Assembly: GCA_009103225.1 (NCBI GenBank)
Contig: RHPI01003642.1
Span: 797,099 to 861,098 of the forward strand
Length of the DNA stretch: 64,000 nucleotides
Direction of reading: 5' to 3'
DNA from: Chlorokybus atmophyticus
Lineage: Eukaryota > Plantae > Mesostigma and Chlorokybus algae
Positions 60,515 to 64,000 of this stretch are shown here, one piece after another (position 1 is the first letter of the stretch; the number at the start of each line of letters is the position of its first letter). The notes beneath the pieces were generated by a model. That model was not told the origin of the DNA, did not search any database, and saw only the letters and a program-made list of their open reading frames with translations. A program made the translations under genes and the position numbers.

Positions 60515-60743
60515 TCGGCACTTATTGGCGTGAACTTCTCCTTCCCTGCATCAGCTTCCGCTTCGCATTCCCTTCCGTGATGTGGCAAGGCGGGAAAGCA
60601 TGCCACAGCCTGCTGCGCCGCAGCGGAGGAGGACGAGCAGGTTGACGATGAGGATTAAGGATGTGGAGCTGGAGATGGATTGAATTGTACGCTGTAGAAG
60701 GAGTCGGTAGTAATTGACAAATGCAAGCAAAGCTGACGCCGCT

Positions 60744-60781
60744 GCAGCAGCAGGCAGCGCTGCAGCACTGCCTGCTGCTGC
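60744..60781. repeat. 38-bp palindrome with one mismatch
   Basis: GCAGCAGCAGGCAG-C-GCTGCAGC-A-CTGCCTGCTGCTGC. Confidence 0.85.
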
Positions 60782-60967
60782 CGCGACGGCTTGAAACCAC
60801 AGTGCAGGTGTCTGGCGCAGAGCAGAATTAAACACAGTCTCAAGCTCTGTGTCTGCGCAAGCTTTCTATGCTTACCTGGTAATCGTGCTGCCGCCATCAC
60901 CGGCATGCATGCTGCTTGCCACCAGCAGCTTAACTTGACCGCAAATAGTTGAGCGAGTCTATCCATC

Positions 60968-63900
60968 ATGAGGGCGGAGGGTGCTGCCAGCGTCGGCGAT
61001 CTCCTAGCCCTGCTGCAGGATCTGGGCGAACGCGTGGCCGGCAATGCCAATGGCACAGCGCAGGCAAGTGTTGCACGGAGCCACCCGGCAAGTCATGCAT
61101 GCCAAGTTGCATTGTTCAGTCCTTTATCGTCATCAAGTTTATAGAACCGGGGATTGCATGCTTGAGATCACACACAGCAAGTCCTTGTGATCCTGTTGTG
61201 TGTACGATGTGTATGATGATGTCTGCCATTGTCAAGCTCTTCACTCTTACCGATAGCAAGCCGCGTGTGCGTATTGGTGAACGCAGCTGTAGCTACAGCT
61301 GCATTCACAATTGTGCGGTGTGTGCTTTGGCGCTGTTGACCAGTGCTTTGGCTATTTGCCAAGCTGGGCTGCGACTGCCAGGGCACGGGTCAGGATGAGA
61401 GCAGCATGTCGACTGCCGGAGCTGATCTTGCGGCTGAGGACCCTGTCGAACTGCGCTTCAGATCTGTGCTTAAGGAGCTTATGCAACAACACTTCTCTCC
61501 TGCAAAAGGTGACTACTTATAGTAAGCCGCAGTGGCCTCAGTTGACTTATCGTGCAGAGGTGTTGGGAGGTGGCCTGGTTGCTTGGTTTCGTTTGTGCCT
61601 ACAGGCAGCATAACAATTTCTGGGTTGCCATGCGCGACCTGCAAACACTGAGATAGCGCTTTATGGCATACAACTCCAAAACTAAGCTAGTGTAGAGTCG
61701 CATACCAAACCTTGGGTTGCTTGCAGCAAAGGAGCGTGAAGTTCTTGCAATTTCCAAGCTCATCGCTCTAACTGCACGTCGATATGGTGGCGTCTTCTTC
61801 CATGGGCAGGCAAAGTCAGTGCTCCCAATCGTCTCAAGCATACTGCCACTCCTTGCGGAACCACATCTCAGGTAATGCACAGAGAGTCACTAATCTTAGG
61901 TAGGCTTATGCTTGTACTTGGAAACCACAACCTTCACATTCACACAGGCCAGCGCATGGCGCATTGCTTGACACATTATGTGTCCTGCTGTCGATGCTGC
62001 GATCTGGAGACCGGCAATCTTATTGTCGCATGTTCGCTGGCCTTGCTTCAACCCTTGAAGGTGCTATATCTGTCCCTTGCAGATATCTGAGAGCGGAGTT
62101 CACCCAACTAACAATTTACTGTTGGTGGCAACGCAGATGTTGCGGACATAGCAAGTTACTTGGCTCAACCATCACGCTCAGATGCATCAGCTGTATGGTT
62201 GCAAAGCTGTCGTGCAGCATATGCTGTACTTGAGAACTCTGATGACCCGAATGGACCTGGTATATTGATCAACGTGTCAACTGCCGCACGTTGCTGCAGC
62301 CTTGCATGTTGCGTTGTGGCCACATTGGCTCGCTGCATGCGCGAAGCACCTGTCTATGTGAGCGGCCTTCTTGCCCCTGCATCTATACATGCAATCACAA
62401 GCCTGCTTCGTTGCAGTACTCCCATGCTGCATAAGGTATGGTATGATGTTTTTGTCTGCGACTTGTTTTAGGGGCTGCATGTTGCTTACTTGGTTGCCCT
62501 CAACTATGTATGGCGAAGCCGCTGCGAATGATGTGCACGAGTGATGTTTGTCTTGTTACAGGCATGCTGTGAGGCCTTGCCAGTGTTACTACCGGAGCTC
62601 CATCCCGCCACAGTACCATGGGACGATGTGGTGTGTGCTGTACTGGATTTGCTGCTTGGAGTGAGCAGCACCATAAGGTATTTAGAGCAGCTGCCGACAA
62701 ACTGTGTAGCAGAGCATAACCAAGGTCTCACACATGCAGGACGGGCGAGTATGATAATGCCATGGCACATACCCTGGAGGTCGCATTGTATTGCGGCGGG
62801 GAATCTGCGCAAGTTGTGTGCTGGGAGTACTTTCCTCGATTGTTCCCCCAGGTTGTTTTGTCCACCACTTCTGGCCGTCTTCAGGTATTTTAATGTGCTT
62901 GAGACCTTGACGCGGCAAGTCTTCTGGTTGTATGCTGAGCCCTAGATTTCATGAACATGCGGTATGGCAGGTTGTGCTGTGCAAAGCATTTCAAGATGCC
63001 ATGCACCAGCGTGCACTTCAGGCAGAAGATGTGAACTTGCTGTTTCCACTTCTGGGTTGCGACTACCTTCATCCGCTGCTGGTCAATTGTATTTGTGAAG
63101 CATTCTCAGACCCTGCAGCAGTTGCCGCTCGCAAACCAGCATTGGGTGAGGTCTGTGAGCCATCCCCAAAACGGCGGCGTATCACAGCAGCGACCGTTAT
63201 GATTGACGCACAAATATCAGCACCGCCACTGGTTGTGGTATCGGAAAGCTCTGGTAGCATTGCAACCAGTCTGGAGGCAGCTATTCGTGAGTGCGGCCCG
63301 ACTAAATCTGCAAGCAACGATGCAGCCGTTGACCAACCCAGAAAGCTGGTGGTTCTGAGGGCACTGGGCTCTGCAGCACTGAGGTTGGGCTCACCCTGGC
63401 AGCAGCAAGTGCATATGCAGCTGCAAGCATGGCTTCTTCATGTGCAGGTAACTGGTTCAGGTCTTCTATGACGCATGCGCGAACAAACAGCGTGACTTAT
63501 CCCTCACTATTGATTGCCAATCAGGACGCTGGCCACAGTGCGAAAGCTGCGTTGATATCTGCGCTCAATGCAGCGTTGCCAGACGTGGCAACACCTCAGC
63601 TACCAGTAACATTTCCTCCGAAAGCACTAGACCTGGTGTTTGGCGAGTGCCTTACAAAAGCCACACCTGAAGAGCGGAATCTGACCACTGCAAGGAGGCT
63701 TATGCCTGCGTTGTGTAAACTACTGCATTCAGACCACAGCATTGGTGATTGGGTTGGTAGACTTGTGCTCACCATCATCACTGACGGAAGTCTGCTTGCC
63801 GAGGGCTTGAATGCTCTGCCTTTCTGCATGCAGCAAACCGGCGCCAACGTACTGTCGCCAGAGGCCTGCATATCGGCTCTGAGGTCAGCGATTGCTTGTT

Positions 63901-64000
63901 GTATTCCAGGATTAACTTATAGTTACTACCCAAAGTAGTCGATGCGTGCTGTTACACAACCGGGTAGAGAAGAGTGGAGAGAGAATATTCACGGAAGCGT
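60968..64000 (+). CDS. ATR: Serine/threonine-protein kinase ATR, N-terminal part (continues beyond the window)
   Basis: LLQDLGERVAG...EDPVELRFRSVLKELM, EREVLAISKLIALTARRYGGVFFHGQAKSVLPIVSSILPLLAEP and HGALLDTLCVLLSMLRSGDRQSY follow the plant ATR N-terminus (LHELRERV...LEIRFRAV...REV.A.LKL...ARN.PGVFYHG...FAEP). The kinase domain is not in the window. Confidence 0.85.

Overview
Intron-rich eukaryotic nuclear DNA from the green lineage. The plant-like TAF15b, KPHMT, pSuT/VGT, ClpR2, PRORP, WAT1-like, UGNT-like and ATR genes plus telo-box promoters point to an alga, possibly an early-diverging streptophyte (inference only). I reconstructed about 13 spliced protein-coding genes by eye: TAF15b, a DUF229 membrane protein, panB, a plastid sugar transporter, ClpR2-like, PRORP, an orphan plastid-type membrane protein, an ALMT/FUSC-family transporter, SLY1, HPRT, a Bacteroidetes-type NagB + PIG-L deacetylase fusion, an EamA/WAT1-like transporter and an SLC35D-type nucleotide-sugar transporter, plus the 5' part of ATR. 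Mobile DNA comprises a complete 640-bp TRIM (105-bp LTRs, 5-bp TSD, PBS, PPT), a decayed Penelope-like RT and a CRE-type non-LTR endonuclease remnant. There is a gene-poor AT-rich block at about 44.9-52.5 kb and a 365-nt assembly gap. The most notable observations are the intron-containing two-domain NagB/deacetylase gene head-to-head with a bacterial-type HPRT, the intact TRIM with a variant PBS followed by a tRNA-like tract, a ClpR2-like subunit that keeps the catalytic Ser and His, dense palindrome clusters (60.3-60.8, 49.3 and 18.4-18.6 kb) and several GC-AG introns. Exon structures and family calls come from manual reading and remembered motifs; no database search was run.
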